In this document: positions 10,601 to 18,800 of the stretch, one piece after another
Layout: each line of letters opens with the position of its first letter
Position numbering within the stretch: the stretch's first letter is position 1
Virus record (IMG/VR): IMGVR_UViG_3300005645_000004
Coordinates: 1-30,079 of that record
DNA length: 30,079 nt
From: a virus
Taxonomy: Duplodnaviria > Caudoviricetes
Strand: one strand, 5' to 3'
Notes under the pieces: generated by a model
What the model saw: the letters and a program-made list of their open reading frames with translations, nothing else
Told to the model about the DNA's origin: nothing
The model's database searches: none
Program-made: the position numbers and the translations under genes

Positions 10601-10625
10601 TTTTTGAAGGAATAATTAAAGACAT
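1635..10625 (-). CDS. Giant polyvalent internal virion (ejection-like) protein with DnaN-like, 2x RadC/JAB, ComM-C-like and SH3/KOW-like domains
   Basis: 2996 aa at the podovirus ejection-protein position. Hydrophobic Gly/Ala helices near the N-terminus, Pro/Glu/Lys linkers, beta-clamp motifs (ATDLE, DFPLLP, STDSFRL, SRLIEGEYPDYKPIIP), JAB motif HNHPSGEVEPSEDD, helical C-terminal region (RTQGLYGKAQSP...YQFKQW). Confidence 0.8.
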   Translation of the reverse strand: MSLIIPSKIKGEKPKTVKIYKPKAIEPIKPPEEEKPSFWRKLGGILKPSVGLYPAGLYPAEGALATGLAKLLGAKEKEITPPPPETKPAIPPPPPETWWEKQKRELGAVKEAAIVKPTIPAYISAISERFIPTKLYSAFDKRFKLDEKIEAFEEKLEKEILKIRRKLKIPTPTDEQVAKMKSTALENIAKEEKEIAELKKEFPVIDMAGGFVGDIANIVTFARVFAPLTPLVAGKVALTTKVFHPVATRIISYIPSAGATFGTIHFLQEAADQIEARKFSPTKMIGETLKGVGWGAALSIAHAFPTAPVRIGLAGLMGSGWTTLETLIVNKQITKEDIPAIATSGALIAAFEFINSKAVTRAYKDQVISNQSRYIFENRIKITDPAVRKSTADLINKLDVMATIQRGTPDGKLAESARNKLMATTMYEKDIQYIVVDKNLKPIKTETRSLSDFLTPQEKFLIQHINSVVGEPAPISFKLLEPNPIVQEQMIKAPDIVTQIDAFIRPTLLEARLPPPPVVYAPPAPGAPVAPVPPEVIPKPKIPAKPLPEAFKEIVVPTKEKAIIPAKPPTAQPPAIKPPEVKPPEIKPEVAPEVKPIAEELKPLAEVAREYKTPEEFRAVIHEAVESKDRTPEQQKLVDLITRINSSPETIYPKPAIENFWKAAGVEKLPEAKPAEPEEADITEEVKELLEVEPAPEERPTPEIKPALPEEITVEALTGAGVEKAIASQFIREAKEFDTYEDFAKKSGIMTYLPDYDHRMINESFGSTRRLWEAIRRPPEAPEAPEAEEVLEEVPELTTKGRKALGIEKPEPEAKELMAKLEEAVKPKMYESLKEAREKMKGEGAISIYEQPLTQEGYVVYKILNGEPIPAELNYLAVKMWEQGMMEEVEPGKGTPIDMTGMFYLTAEEAEKSQIHHYRFDPEFMDKETIGEQFPDFDKYGDIKDWEKLQSGWGVQTSLEKGDIVKSMEIPATKVITKGKNKGKVVKIPGLGTVEDIFDNGAALTTTEKGIQQIDAYSLGDAIKYEELTTDEKTIVDGLKEVRLKPIEGVLKPEVKPPKEGFIPELNMVLSDAAGYRWQITDIEKEGWGLTFGYKIKNLDTGEIRTIPGSEIRESFTPIISKEAKEFSAEVEAARLRAKAKLEAAKKEGKIAPALDLQVGDRVEVYNEAGKFLRTGEVLERGKDFVIVKDDVTGLPIKHNFNFEFRKIKAEKPEPIPKEVFEIRKMNETAKNLLEHAKKKFGPEFDPEETVKTAGRISILNEHSKIEIDDMAEALSYKGSLRNWLKELYEERLPEITTAEEFERQVTKSEYLDRGAEVFTAPQLKEVLTPLAREYLIRYKTATVSQIKKMQEVYVNKTLRALKEGVPELKPEELVAEPKPAEKPEEYITEEIELTTKGRRMMGKPARPKVAKGKVVPEEKMKETLFRDFFQPITKEERRLPVLGRIAVVGNKFMATDLEKALVYTADKDTGVKATIHIKEFQLPETKRWLKPEEITNEMVSRVGESIQDFPLLPEVKKPKVATSFSLPPEVLKKALSSVTKEGYRPELTAILFKTAPEGLVLASTDSFRLWQNVLPGKPLKEFSFMLPGNSAKLLAKILDKVRPEDINIKTDDVQIEIEFGKFKFLSRLIEGEYPDYKPIIPDKPMPISFGVNRLEFLDIIQEAKAYVPPTNEIQLLPDKGKGILKIKTERTVNDKKEVFEREIPAEIKEKVSPPAKEKDLYIVMPIKNGENTFNRNFLEDFLKNAQADKINGLLGELQNPAVFLETAEPAGVKFVKDLGKAIYTPEIRDKEAEYIKKTVAEAYGKPYLKRSASFVTLQLKEKGYFYARDQKVEGPDDVADMFRELKNSDREKFFVVNLDKNNKIINIENLFTGTINASLVHPEGVIKSITLSKAKKVYLIHNHPSGEVEPSEDDLLITRRIENVIKGMGVEPQGHIIMNTVDYGYMYPTAISSKDMKAWEKKPLPPEAKERIKIKMVEVEQRIKNLPEKLNKTVSNDLEVADIASLILNDEVPAILAVNLSARNKINGVNVVTLSIRNPEKIANKIIKNAALNNAVSVILTTNLVLDETVAGRKNVASFQAIADKLGEKGAGIELLDIVGTKPQVSLKRRGELGIERAEPKIKGKPKFYRLLGEKGAEYEALTSEEREVIDVLEKGEKIPKRLIGAVKKLKGRGYFKTKGEEEKPGKKFVKYLGKGFATPEQVEVIQKVIETKKIPPHISAQLRNSFTGRKRTKVEELTEPQADQLREELLQLTPSRFGKIKLVDEETLRAMADFIPPSLSSRKAITTGNVLVNLREPDIGYILPKLRQIRKVLEGTPMREKIYDKVSSAEEKMEREERAFLKELRELTKSAKKSEKDAEIKAFQYIEGEAKPEIAPPEITSQTRKLAEFLKKFFFDTLPIMKPLQIRKGYITHTKPSFTERIEKVGLQQALKEIINPIRKEEIIPPDILANLEFIIANEKFNPFALPREGGPYSKRIMKSAGAYARVYFFKKNFDPVLPEINKMRKFLPPNLRRWVGDYIKTVKGRPIDFRWGRRAHSISNFLVRLEYMRLLGLNFGSGVVNIIGGTLNNFADMPLEAFLKGHRRLFTRQGRQIIRDYGFAQQAIMTEPVGGVWENLTKAERSLFIIMQGGEFILRGSNALGRIPKSEFMSGKLSEETLSKTRRGIGRTQGLYGKAQSPLAAQTAIGRPAYQFKQWMLTEMELYADWCKEAIEYYKRNPKQLNAQIRNPGLVKWVKYLLLAIPLFLFGGQKIRKEIVAYRWLPVALWRTATNPQEWPVGRDLYKTSSALIKIVQGNLEGARREFTKPLQYFPPAGIQVQRTADFIKALQTGATYSPTGKMRERVSVGEAFKRLLMGTQTTQAQKYREYQEELSKLMPWEYTTWDEYVGESRRKSDYLKMKEKTMDYIKDKKYKTWAEVKKDQKLYQTIANYNKEAQKRFNELVVKAGLSKIMTKKQYQSNLKQITISYEDIERWFETEKKQKEATSLERRLRME

Positions 10626-10639
10626 AATTTTTATAAAAA

Positions 10640-11995
10640 TTATTCTCCTTCTAATCCTGGGATTCCCCCCGTTTCTTCTGCTGGTTTTTTTCCTTTTGCT
10701 TTTAGAAAAGCATTAGCTGCGGTAGTGCTCATTCCTCCATATTCCTTGCTTACCAAATATGGGAGAAGGTCCTCATAGGTAGCGTCAGGATTAGCGCTCA
10801 CAAATTCTTCAGCCCACTCAATACTCGTTTTTTCCTCTCCCGTGGTTGTAATAAGTTTTTCGTAGCCCTCAGGAACTTTAGTGTAAATATCTTTCCAAAT
10901 ATCAATTCCCGGAAATTCTGCCTTCAAAATATTACCCATCTTTTCTCTTGCCCCTTCCTTTCCATATAATCCTGCGTATAAATTCTTTAATTCTTCGTTA
11001 AATCTATTTTTGTATTCTTCTTTTGTCTTTTCTTCTTTCCAAGCAGGCACCATACCGCTTATTACCGCCCCAGTTAATCTTTCTAATTCGCCTTCGTAGG
11101 CTTCTTTTTCTCCTCTTAAAATATCGGATATTCTTTTTTGAACTCTCTCATATCTGCCGGTAGCCAAATCCAAAAGCCCTTGTAATCTTTGAGCTTCTTC
11201 TTTGGTATCCTCTTGTTTCATTCCCGCCCTAACCGTAACTTCACCCAAGTCTCTGTTGTATTGTTCGGCCAAACTATTTCTCTCATCAATTAAATTACCA
11301 ATGGTTCTTTCGGCATCTTCTAAAACCATCCTTCTCCTGCCGGTGATCATCCATTGAGGAATTGGCTTTCCTTCCTCGGTAAGCAGGGCTTGATCTCTAG
11401 TGCTTTTAGCTTTGGCAATGTCTGTGTCTAGGGTATCGATTTTAGTTTTAGTTCCCCCCAAGCCCGCCGATTCATACTCTTTATTAAAAAGAGCTACTGT
11501 ATCTGGCTTTGCAGATAAAAAGGTTTTTATCTTTTCGCTGGCATCTTCTATCTCTGCCTCGATTTCAGGCATTTTGTATTCTTTCTCTTTTTCTTTTTTT
11601 AGCCTCTCTTCTCTTTCGGCCCAAGTCTCAGGAGGCGTATAACCAGCAACTGCTCCCGCCCCTAATAGTTCAGGAACATATTTTTCTGCCCCGGCCTCAA
11701 CAATTTCTTTAGGAGTAACAGGTTTTACCGGGGGCTTCTCTTCTTCAAAAACTCCTTTGACTGCCCTCACCTCTGTTTCCGGCGTTGTCCCAGCTTCTGG
11801 TACAGTTAAAGCAATTCCAGCCGGCAGTTTCTCGGCAACTCCACTATAGCCCCAGCTAGCCCAAGGGCTGGTTGGGATTTGCTTCTTCAACCACTTCAAA
11901 TAATCCCTGTACATTTCTTGGGCTTTGGGCAGACCAAACTGCTGTTTGGTGATTCCGAACAATGTTTCGCCTGGTTTGACTGTATAGGTTGCCAT
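10640..11995 (-). CDS. LysM-domain, coiled-coil virion protein (probable ejection/pilot protein)
   Basis: N-terminus MATYTVKPGETLFGITKQQFG...LPAGIALTVP fits a LysM with an insertion; the rest is charged and helical; lies directly before the giant protein. Confidence 0.65.
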   Translation of the reverse strand: MATYTVKPGETLFGITKQQFGLPKAQEMYRDYLKWLKKQIPTSPWASWGYSGVAEKLPAGIALTVPEAGTTPETEVRAVKGVFEEEKPPVKPVTPKEIVEAGAEKYVPELLGAGAVAGYTPPETWAEREERLKKEKEKEYKMPEIEAEIEDASEKIKTFLSAKPDTVALFNKEYESAGLGGTKTKIDTLDTDIAKAKSTRDQALLTEEGKPIPQWMITGRRRMVLEDAERTIGNLIDERNSLAEQYNRDLGEVTVRAGMKQEDTKEEAQRLQGLLDLATGRYERVQKRISDILRGEKEAYEGELERLTGAVISGMVPAWKEEKTKEEYKNRFNEELKNLYAGLYGKEGAREKMGNILKAEFPGIDIWKDIYTKVPEGYEKLITTTGEEKTSIEWAEEFVSANPDATYEDLLPYLVSKEYGGMSTTAANAFLKAKGKKPAEETGGIPGLEGE

Positions 11996-12011
11996 AATTA
12001 AAACTTATCTT

Positions 12012-12033
12012 GCCAGCCGACCTTAAAGCTGGC
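12012..12033 (-). promoter_or_regulatory. Conserved-loop hairpin, copy 1 (loop UUUAAGGUCG)
   Basis: GCCAGC-TTTAAGGTCG-GCTGGC, 16 nt upstream of ATG 11995. Confidence 0.7.
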
Positions 12034-12037
12034 TTCT

Positions 12038-12217
12038 TTATTTTTCAGCCTGTTTCAAATCGTAAAATTCTATATCCGTCCCGTATTTCGTAATTATCGG
12101 CTTCATTCCAATTTTGTGCTTCTGGCTGATTAAATTCAGGTCATCAATGTAAGCCTTCACTCTTTGCTGAAAGTCTTTTTCTTTTTGTTTAATTAATTTT
12201 TTCTGAAAGAAATTCAT
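12038..12217 (-). CDS. Hypothetical protein (59 aa), below the ORF-track cutoff
   Basis: MNFFQKKLIKQKEKDFQQRVKAYIDDLNLISQKHKIGMKPIITKYGTDIEFYDLKQAEK* fills the gap between the spike and LysM genes on the operon strand. Confidence 0.75.
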   Translation of the reverse strand: MNFFQKKLIKQKEKDFQQRVKAYIDDLNLISQKHKIGMKPIITKYGTDIEFYDLKQAEK

Positions 12218-12236
12218 ATTTTTAATTTATTAAAAT

Positions 12237-13859
12237 TTATTTTGGCTTGACCTTTTGCTCTAATTTTTCTACTTTCTCTATTAACTCTCTTATCGCCTGG
12301 ACAGCTATCCCCAAAGTTCTGGTCATTTCAATTTCTTCTTTTTCTCCCCTCGGGCTCATAAATTTCATTTCTTTTGGAAAATCATCCTCTTTAAAGTAAT
12401 GTCTTTCCCCATACTCGCCCTCAAAGATTTTTGGGGCTTTTATCTTTTTAAAGACGTCGATGGCCGAATTAGAGGTGGGCAAAGGACAAGCTGATTCGTT
12501 TGTTCTGTAAACATAATTCCATTTATGGGTTGAATCACCCAGCCAGTAATAATTATTGGTTGTCGGAATTAGATCGCCCTGAACCGTTAGACTGGGCGAA
12601 GTTGACAGATACAAGGCCCCCGCAATATAGAGGTTCGTCCATCTTTTTGTCGCCAAACCCAGAGGATGAGAGTTGTCGGCGTATGGAGCTATGCCCAACC
12701 TGGATTCGTTAACAGAAGCTCCGACTTGAAACCGAATGGTGCCTCCTGTCCCCAAGGCTGTGTAACCTCCGCTCCCGGCGTCTATAAAAATATTTTTAGA
12801 AGTTAACTGGTTTTTTATTAAAAGATCGCTGGGACCGGCGTAAATATTGGCCACATTTTCATTGCTGGAATTATAAAAAGCCATCAGGGTTGAATAAAGA
12901 ATTATCCTCTGCCCGGAAGACGCAGTCTCAATCTGCACACCCCTTATTGTCCCGGCGGTCACAAGCCCAATATTGGCTGAAATAGCTGATAATTGAGAAA
13001 CTGATATTTTATCCGCCGTTACCGCACCGGCGTATATCTTTTCGGAAGTAACCGCTCCTGCATCAATCTTTATAGCTGTAACTGCTCCTGCGGCTATTTT
13101 CCCCGCCACAATCGCTCCCGCTTGAATCTTGGGCGAGCTTACGGCGTCACTGGCTATTTTGGTTTCAGTAATGGCGCCTGTCGCTATCACTGCGCCTTGA
13201 ATAGCATCTACGGCTATTTTAGTGTTTGTTACAGCCTGGTTGGCTAATTTTAATTCCGTAACTATCCCGTTAAGTATCGCTGTCGCCTGGCCCGAAGCGT
13301 TTATCGCTGAAGAAAGCGTGGACGCCAACCTGTTATCGACTAACGCGTTGGGGCCTAACTTTAGGGTGGCGGCTGATTTGTCCCAAATCACATATTTGCC
13401 GGAAGCGTAGTTCCCTATAATCACATCGCCGACACTTGCTCCACCGACGTAAGCCTTGAACACATCGTCGCTGGCATCATCAATGATTTGAATGCCGGTG
13501 TTGGCATCCGGGAATATTCTTACCCTCGCCCCGGAAGCCGCACTGTCATATTGACCGCCGAGTTCATCCACTTTTTCTACCGGATTATATCCCGAAGAAA
13601 ACTCAACCGAACCGTCTATTTTTATCAAAGAACTTGTAATTCTTAATCCTTCCTCAGAAGCATTGATAGTCGCTACAATATCATTTTTCCCGCTGGCCGA
13701 TTCCAAAGGAACGAAATTTAATTGGCTCAGAGTTAAACTTCTTTTAACTATTCGTTTCCCATCGATAAGGCCATAAAGAAATTGAGAAACAGGACTATTC
13801 GGATCGGGCTCCGGCAAATCTACATTCGATATATAATTTGGGTGAATCTCTTTTGGCAT
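12237..13859 (-). CDS. Tail fibre/spike protein with 10-aa (AVTxxKIxxG) repeats and a C-terminal chaperone-like coiled coil
   Basis: About nine AVT/AIT-x-x-KI repeats, LSAISANIGLVTAGTIRG, two LGxxTxxW motifs, C-terminal AVQAIRELIEKVEKLE resembling peptidase S74 chaperone ends. Confidence 0.72.
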   Translation of the reverse strand: MPKEIHPNYISNVDLPEPDPNSPVSQFLYGLIDGKRIVKRSLTLSQLNFVPLESASGKNDIVATINASEEGLRITSSLIKIDGSVEFSSGYNPVEKVDELGGQYDSAASGARVRIFPDANTGIQIIDDASDDVFKAYVGGASVGDVIIGNYASGKYVIWDKSAATLKLGPNALVDNRLASTLSSAINASGQATAILNGIVTELKLANQAVTNTKIAVDAIQGAVIATGAITETKIASDAVSSPKIQAGAIVAGKIAAGAVTAIKIDAGAVTSEKIYAGAVTADKISVSQLSAISANIGLVTAGTIRGVQIETASSGQRIILYSTLMAFYNSSNENVANIYAGPSDLLIKNQLTSKNIFIDAGSGGYTALGTGGTIRFQVGASVNESRLGIAPYADNSHPLGLATKRWTNLYIAGALYLSTSPSLTVQGDLIPTTNNYYWLGDSTHKWNYVYRTNESACPLPTSNSAIDVFKKIKAPKIFEGEYGERHYFKEDDFPKEMKFMSPRGEKEEIEMTRTLGIAVQAIRELIEKVEKLEQKVKPK

Positions 13860-13860
13860 A

Positions 13861-15210
13861 CTAAGGAATAATATCTACTCCCTCGATGGCAGTTAGGACC
13901 TTTCTAACCACCGGAGTAAAATTTCCCGACGTGTTTAATTCCAGTCTTATTTCCAAACTTTCAAATCTCTCATTGAAAGGAAAACTCATTTGCTTGGAAT
14001 TCTCTACATCTGCTTTTAAATCATTGCCTGCCTCGTCTTTAATTGATTGCCAGGTATCTTGGCCATCTATTTTTGCTTTCGGCTGAATTGAACAGCCGGC
14101 AGGCATTTTCTCAAAGAATAGCTGGAGATTAAAGCCCTGAAAATAATTATTGCCATCAAAAACTAAACTTTCATAAATTCCTTGCGCCAATTTATTGTCG
14201 GGGTCAATCGTATCTATTCCGTAAGAGCTTCCGTCTTTCCAAGAAACGTATAAATTGTCTCCGCCTAAAATTGCTCCAATTTCGATATTTTCTGTGTGGC
14301 CAGTTGAAATAATGAAAGGACTATTCAGAACTTGGGGGTAGTTTTTATTCTTCCTTCCCCAGTCAAAAATTCCTTTTGTTGTCCCGAATATCATCCTCTT
14401 TTCATAAACATCAATCGCCCCAGGCCGAACCTGTGATGGAAGATCTTTTACCGGAACTGCGGAAACCCCATTAAACCAATAAAGATTTTCGCCGGCAAAC
14501 AAATAAGTTATTCCGCCGGTTTTAAAGAAGGCGTTTATGTCTTTTTCCTCCCAACCCTCGATCGGCTCATAAGAAGCAGATTCCAAATCCCAGGTAAACA
14601 ATTCAGCTCTTTCATTGTTTACTGCTCCAATTTGAAGCAGGGGTTTCAAAAGAGTTAAACATTGAACTTGCCAGCCATAGAAAAGGTCTAAAGCATCTTC
14701 GACAAATACTCCTTCATCATTTACTGTGGCTACATATCTGCCATTTCCCACGCACAACAAATCGCTTTTAGGAACTATCAATATAGGGTGATAATCGCAG
14801 GAATTAAGCGTTTTCCAGTTTGGACTAGCATCAGTATTCCAATCAACAGAAGTTTCTATACACCGGCCCAGCTTTCCGGCCGTAGTCCAGTAAAGATAAC
14901 CGTAAAAATAAGCGGCGTCTTTTATTTCTCCATTAGGATCGGTATAAATTTTAGACCAGGTTCCGGACTCTTTTTTATAAACATTGCCGGCGTCTCCAAA
15001 CCCGTAAATCTTGCTTCCTACTTTTATCATTTTGATTACCAAATCTGTAACCACGCTTCCTGTATCCTTTTTGAGGGCCTGGTTAACTTCTAGGGCTCTG
15101 GGATTTTTGTGAATATTCAAACCGACTCCATAAGCAAATGAGTTTTCTATTCCTGCTTCTTTGCTGTCGGCTAAACCCCCATTAAATTGTCTAATAGGCC
15201 AAATGGGCAT
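13861..15210 (-). CDS. Tail nozzle / tail-hub beta-propeller protein (functional analogue of P22 gp10 / T7 gp12)
   Basis: 449 aa, beta-rich, N-terminal IRQFNGGL motif, directly after the adaptor gene. Confidence 0.6.
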   Translation of the reverse strand: MPIWPIRQFNGGLADSKEAGIENSFAYGVGLNIHKNPRALEVNQALKKDTGSVVTDLVIKMIKVGSKIYGFGDAGNVYKKESGTWSKIYTDPNGEIKDAAYFYGYLYWTTAGKLGRCIETSVDWNTDASPNWKTLNSCDYHPILIVPKSDLLCVGNGRYVATVNDEGVFVEDALDLFYGWQVQCLTLLKPLLQIGAVNNERAELFTWDLESASYEPIEGWEEKDINAFFKTGGITYLFAGENLYWFNGVSAVPVKDLPSQVRPGAIDVYEKRMIFGTTKGIFDWGRKNKNYPQVLNSPFIISTGHTENIEIGAILGGDNLYVSWKDGSSYGIDTIDPDNKLAQGIYESLVFDGNNYFQGFNLQLFFEKMPAGCSIQPKAKIDGQDTWQSIKDEAGNDLKADVENSKQMSFPFNERFESLEIRLELNTSGNFTPVVRKVLTAIEGVDIIP

Positions 15211-15214
15211 AGTT

Positions 15215-15847
15215 TTAACGATAAAGCGGATAAAAATCAGTTATATCTTTGGCTTTGCTCGGCCCCCTTTTATTGCTTTTAACCATCTGCCAGCACTCTC
15301 TAATAATTAAATCGGCTTCCATTAGGGCATCGTTTCCTAAGTTGTATTTTCTTTCTTTTTTCAAAGCAATGCTTAAGGCGGTTAAAATGATGGCTTCGTG
15401 CAAATCTTCTTCCAATTCTGAAATGTCCCCATCGTTGATAAGTTTGGCTGGTCTTTTTTGATACCAGAGATGAATTTCTTTACCGTTCTCTGTCGGAGTG
15501 GGCTTCAAGAAAAATTGAGTTCCCCTGATGGTAAAAACTTTTGATAAATCAAATTCTCCGCTTTCAAAATCAACAAAAGGAACGTAATTATAAGTCTTGC
15601 CGGCAACTTTAATTAAAAGCATACTGCCGTATAAATAATCGGCTGGAAGGGCATAATTCGGCTGTCCGGCCACCGTTCCGTTTTTAACCGTGGCCGATTC
15701 AGCTATGGTCGGCCAGAATTTCTTTTTGGCCACCCTTATTTGAGCAAGATTAAGCCAGCGTTTCTTGGAGGTGTCTGACCAAAAGCCACTCACTCCTGAA
15801 GAAGAAAGCCTGCTATTCAACTCTTGTAACATTTCTTGAAAAGTCAT
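15215..15847 (-). CDS. Head-tail adaptor protein (functional analogue of P22 gp4 / T7 gp11)
   Basis: 210 aa; MTFQEMLQEL...WLNLAQIRVA helices, TVAGQPNYALPAD, FLKPTP, WYQKRP and LHEAII motifs typical of podovirus adaptors. Confidence 0.75.
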   Translation of the reverse strand: MTFQEMLQELNSRLSSSGVSGFWSDTSKKRWLNLAQIRVAKKKFWPTIAESATVKNGTVAGQPNYALPADYLYGSMLLIKVAGKTYNYVPFVDFESGEFDLSKVFTIRGTQFFLKPTPTENGKEIHLWYQKRPAKLINDGDISELEEDLHEAIILTALSIALKKERKYNLGNDALMEADLIIRECWQMVKSNKRGPSKAKDITDFYPLYR

Positions 15848-15862
15848 ATTTTTAAAAATTTA

Positions 15863-18800
15863 TTATGGATAATCTTTTAAATATTCTGTTTCTGTTTTTT
15901 GGTCTTTTTCGTATTCGGTCTCTGCTCTTTGGTCTTTAACGTAATACCATTCGGGACTAAATTGAACTAATCCAGCTAAAGTTGAAACCACTATTTTTTC
16001 TACATTGGCCAGTCCGGCTAAAGTTTCCCATTTTGTTTGCTCTGGTATTACCAATCCTGCCAATGCCTTTTTCTTGGTCTCTTCTGGAATTACCAATCCT
16101 CCTAAATTTCTAACTTCTATCTTCTCTACGATTGCTAACCCTGCTAAAGTTTTATTGTGAGTTTCTTCTGGGATAGCCAGGCTGGCAAGCGTTTTAACTG
16201 CAATTTTCTCTGGATTTGCCAACCCTGATAAAGTTCTAACCTCAATTTTCTCTGGATTGGCTATTCCTGATATACCTGCCTTATGGGTTTCCTCTGGAAT
16301 TACTAATCCAGCTGACCCTTTCACCGCAATCTTTTCAGGATTAACCAATTCAGCTAAAGTTCTTACAACTATCTTTTCTGGGCTAATCAATCCGCTTAGA
16401 GTTTCCCGTTTAGTTTGTTCGGGGGTTGCTAATCCGGCTACGGCTCTAACTTCAATTTTCTCTGGACTAACCAAACCTGCTAAAGTATTTTTATGGATTT
16501 CCTCTGGTATAACCAATCCAGCTAATGTTCCAACAGTTTCAGGGCTGACTAATCCAGCCAGGGTTTTAACAGTTTCAGGGCTAACCAGACCGGCTGCAGT
16601 TTTTACTTCTATTTTTTCTACGCTTGCTAATCCGGATAAAGTTTTTGCCACTATCTTTTCTGGATTTAGAATTCCGGGCAATGTCTTAACCTCAATCTTT
16701 TCCGGATTAACCAAACCGGCCAGGGTAAATTTCTTTGTTTCTTCCGGAGTAATTAGGCCCGCTGAAGTATCAACAAACTCTGGAATAGATAATCCTGCTG
16801 AAGCCTTAACTTCTATTTTTTCAAGTTCTGCTATTCCAGATAAGGTTTTAACTTCAATCTTTTCTGGGTTAGCTATTCCTGCCAAGTTCTTTATCTCTAT
16901 CTTTTCGGGATTTACCTGCCCGGCCAAAGTTTTTACTACTATTTTTTCCGGGCTTGCCAATTCAGCTAATGTTTTTTTCTTGGTCTCCTCTGGGACAATT
17001 AATCCCGAAAGAGTTTTTGCTTCTATTTTTTCCGGCTTTACCAATCCAGCTAAGCTCTTAACTTCAACCTTTTCTGGATTTAACAAACCAGCTGTGGTCT
17101 TTTTGCTAGACCATTCTGCTTTACTAAATCCGGCCAATGTCTCTTTGTGGGTTTCTTCTGGTGTAATCTGCCCTGCTAAACCTTTGACTTCTATCTTTTC
17201 AGGGCTTATCAATCCTGCTAAACTTTTTACAACTATCTTTTCTGGATTAACCAAGCCCGCTATCGTTCCTATCGTCTCTGGCTCAACTAAACCTGCTGTA
17301 GTCTTTTTATCCGACAATTCCGGCTTACTAAATCCAGCTAAAGTTTTGACTTCTATCTTTTCTGTTTGAACCACCCCAGCTAAAGTCTTTTTATAGGTTT
17401 CTTCCGGAATAATTAGGCCCGCTAGAGTGTCAACAAATTCTGGTATTGTTAATCCTGCTAAAGTCCTAAGCTCGATTTTTTCTGGATGTGCTATGCCTGA
17501 TATGGTTTCCTTATGAGTTTCTTCTGGAATCACTATCCCTGCCAAAGATTTCACTTCTATCTTTTCCGGATTTATTAGACCGGCTAAATTTTGAACTGCT
17601 ATTTTTTCGAGGTTGGATAAACCCGCTAAAGATTTTAGTTCTATCTTTTCTGGGGTGGCAATCCCAGCAAGTGTCTTTACTGTTTCAAGCGTAGTTAATC
17701 CAGCTAAAGTTTTCCTTTTCGTAACTTCCGGGGCAACTATTCCTCCCAAAGTTCTTATACCGGGAACTTCTGGTTCAATAAGCCCGGCGATTGTTCTTAC
17801 GACTATTTTTTCAGGACTTGCATCTCCTGCTATTGTTCCTACCGTTTCCGGCTCGACTAAGCCGGCTAAGGTATTTTTCTTCGTTTCCTCAGGGACTGCT
17901 ATTCCAGCCAAAGTAGATACAGAAGGAGCTTCGGGTATGACTAATCCCGCCGAGGTCTTTACTGCTATCTTGTCTGCACTTATCAACCCAGCCAATGTTC
18001 TTCTTTTAAGGAACTCAATTATAGACAGCCCGGCTAAAGTTTTTAATTCAATTTTTTCGGGAAAAACTAATCCCGCTAATGTTTCCACCGTCTCCGGACT
18101 AATCAATCCGGCCAAAGTATTTTCTTTAATTTCTTCGGGAACAACCAAACCGGCTAATGCTCCTTTCTTAGTCTCTTCAGGAATAACTAATCCAGCTAAG
18201 GTTTCTTTCTCAGTCTCTTCGGGGATAACTATTTCCGCCAGCCCGCCAACTGTTATCTTTTCAGGATTTACTAAACCAGCTAAAGTTCCTACTGCTTCAG
18301 GATTAACTAATCCTGCCAATCCTTTAACTGTTATTTTCTCAGGACTAACTATTTCAGCTAAACTCTTGACCGATATTTTTTCTGCACTTACCAACCCGGC
18401 AGATGTTCCTTTTTTGGTTTCTTCGGGAATTATTAAGCCCGCTGAACTTCTAATTTCTATCTTTTCTGGACTTGCCGATCCCGCTGAAGTTTGTTTCTTG
18501 GTTTCTTCCGGAGTTACTAAACCCGATAAAGTATTTTTCTTTGTTTCTTCCGGGCTAACTAGTCCAGCCAAAGAACTCACTTCTATTTTCTCAAGGTTAG
18601 AAATTCCAGCTAAGGTTTCCACCATTTCAGGACTTATCAGTCCCGCTAAACTCTCAATCTTTGTCTCTTCTGGCATTAGTAATCCTGATAAAGTTTCCTT
18701 TTTAGTAATCTCTGGTATCACTAATCCCGCCAGCACATTTCTTTTCGTAACTTCTGGGTTAGCTTTTCCGCCTATAGTTTTCACTTCCAATTTTTCAGGA

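Noticed and set aside
1635-10625. Giant protein as an N4-type virion RNA polymerase or a tape-measure protein
   Set aside because: No polymerase catalytic motifs recognised; no tail tube or siphovirus tail genes; the domain mosaic fits a polyvalent ejection protein better.
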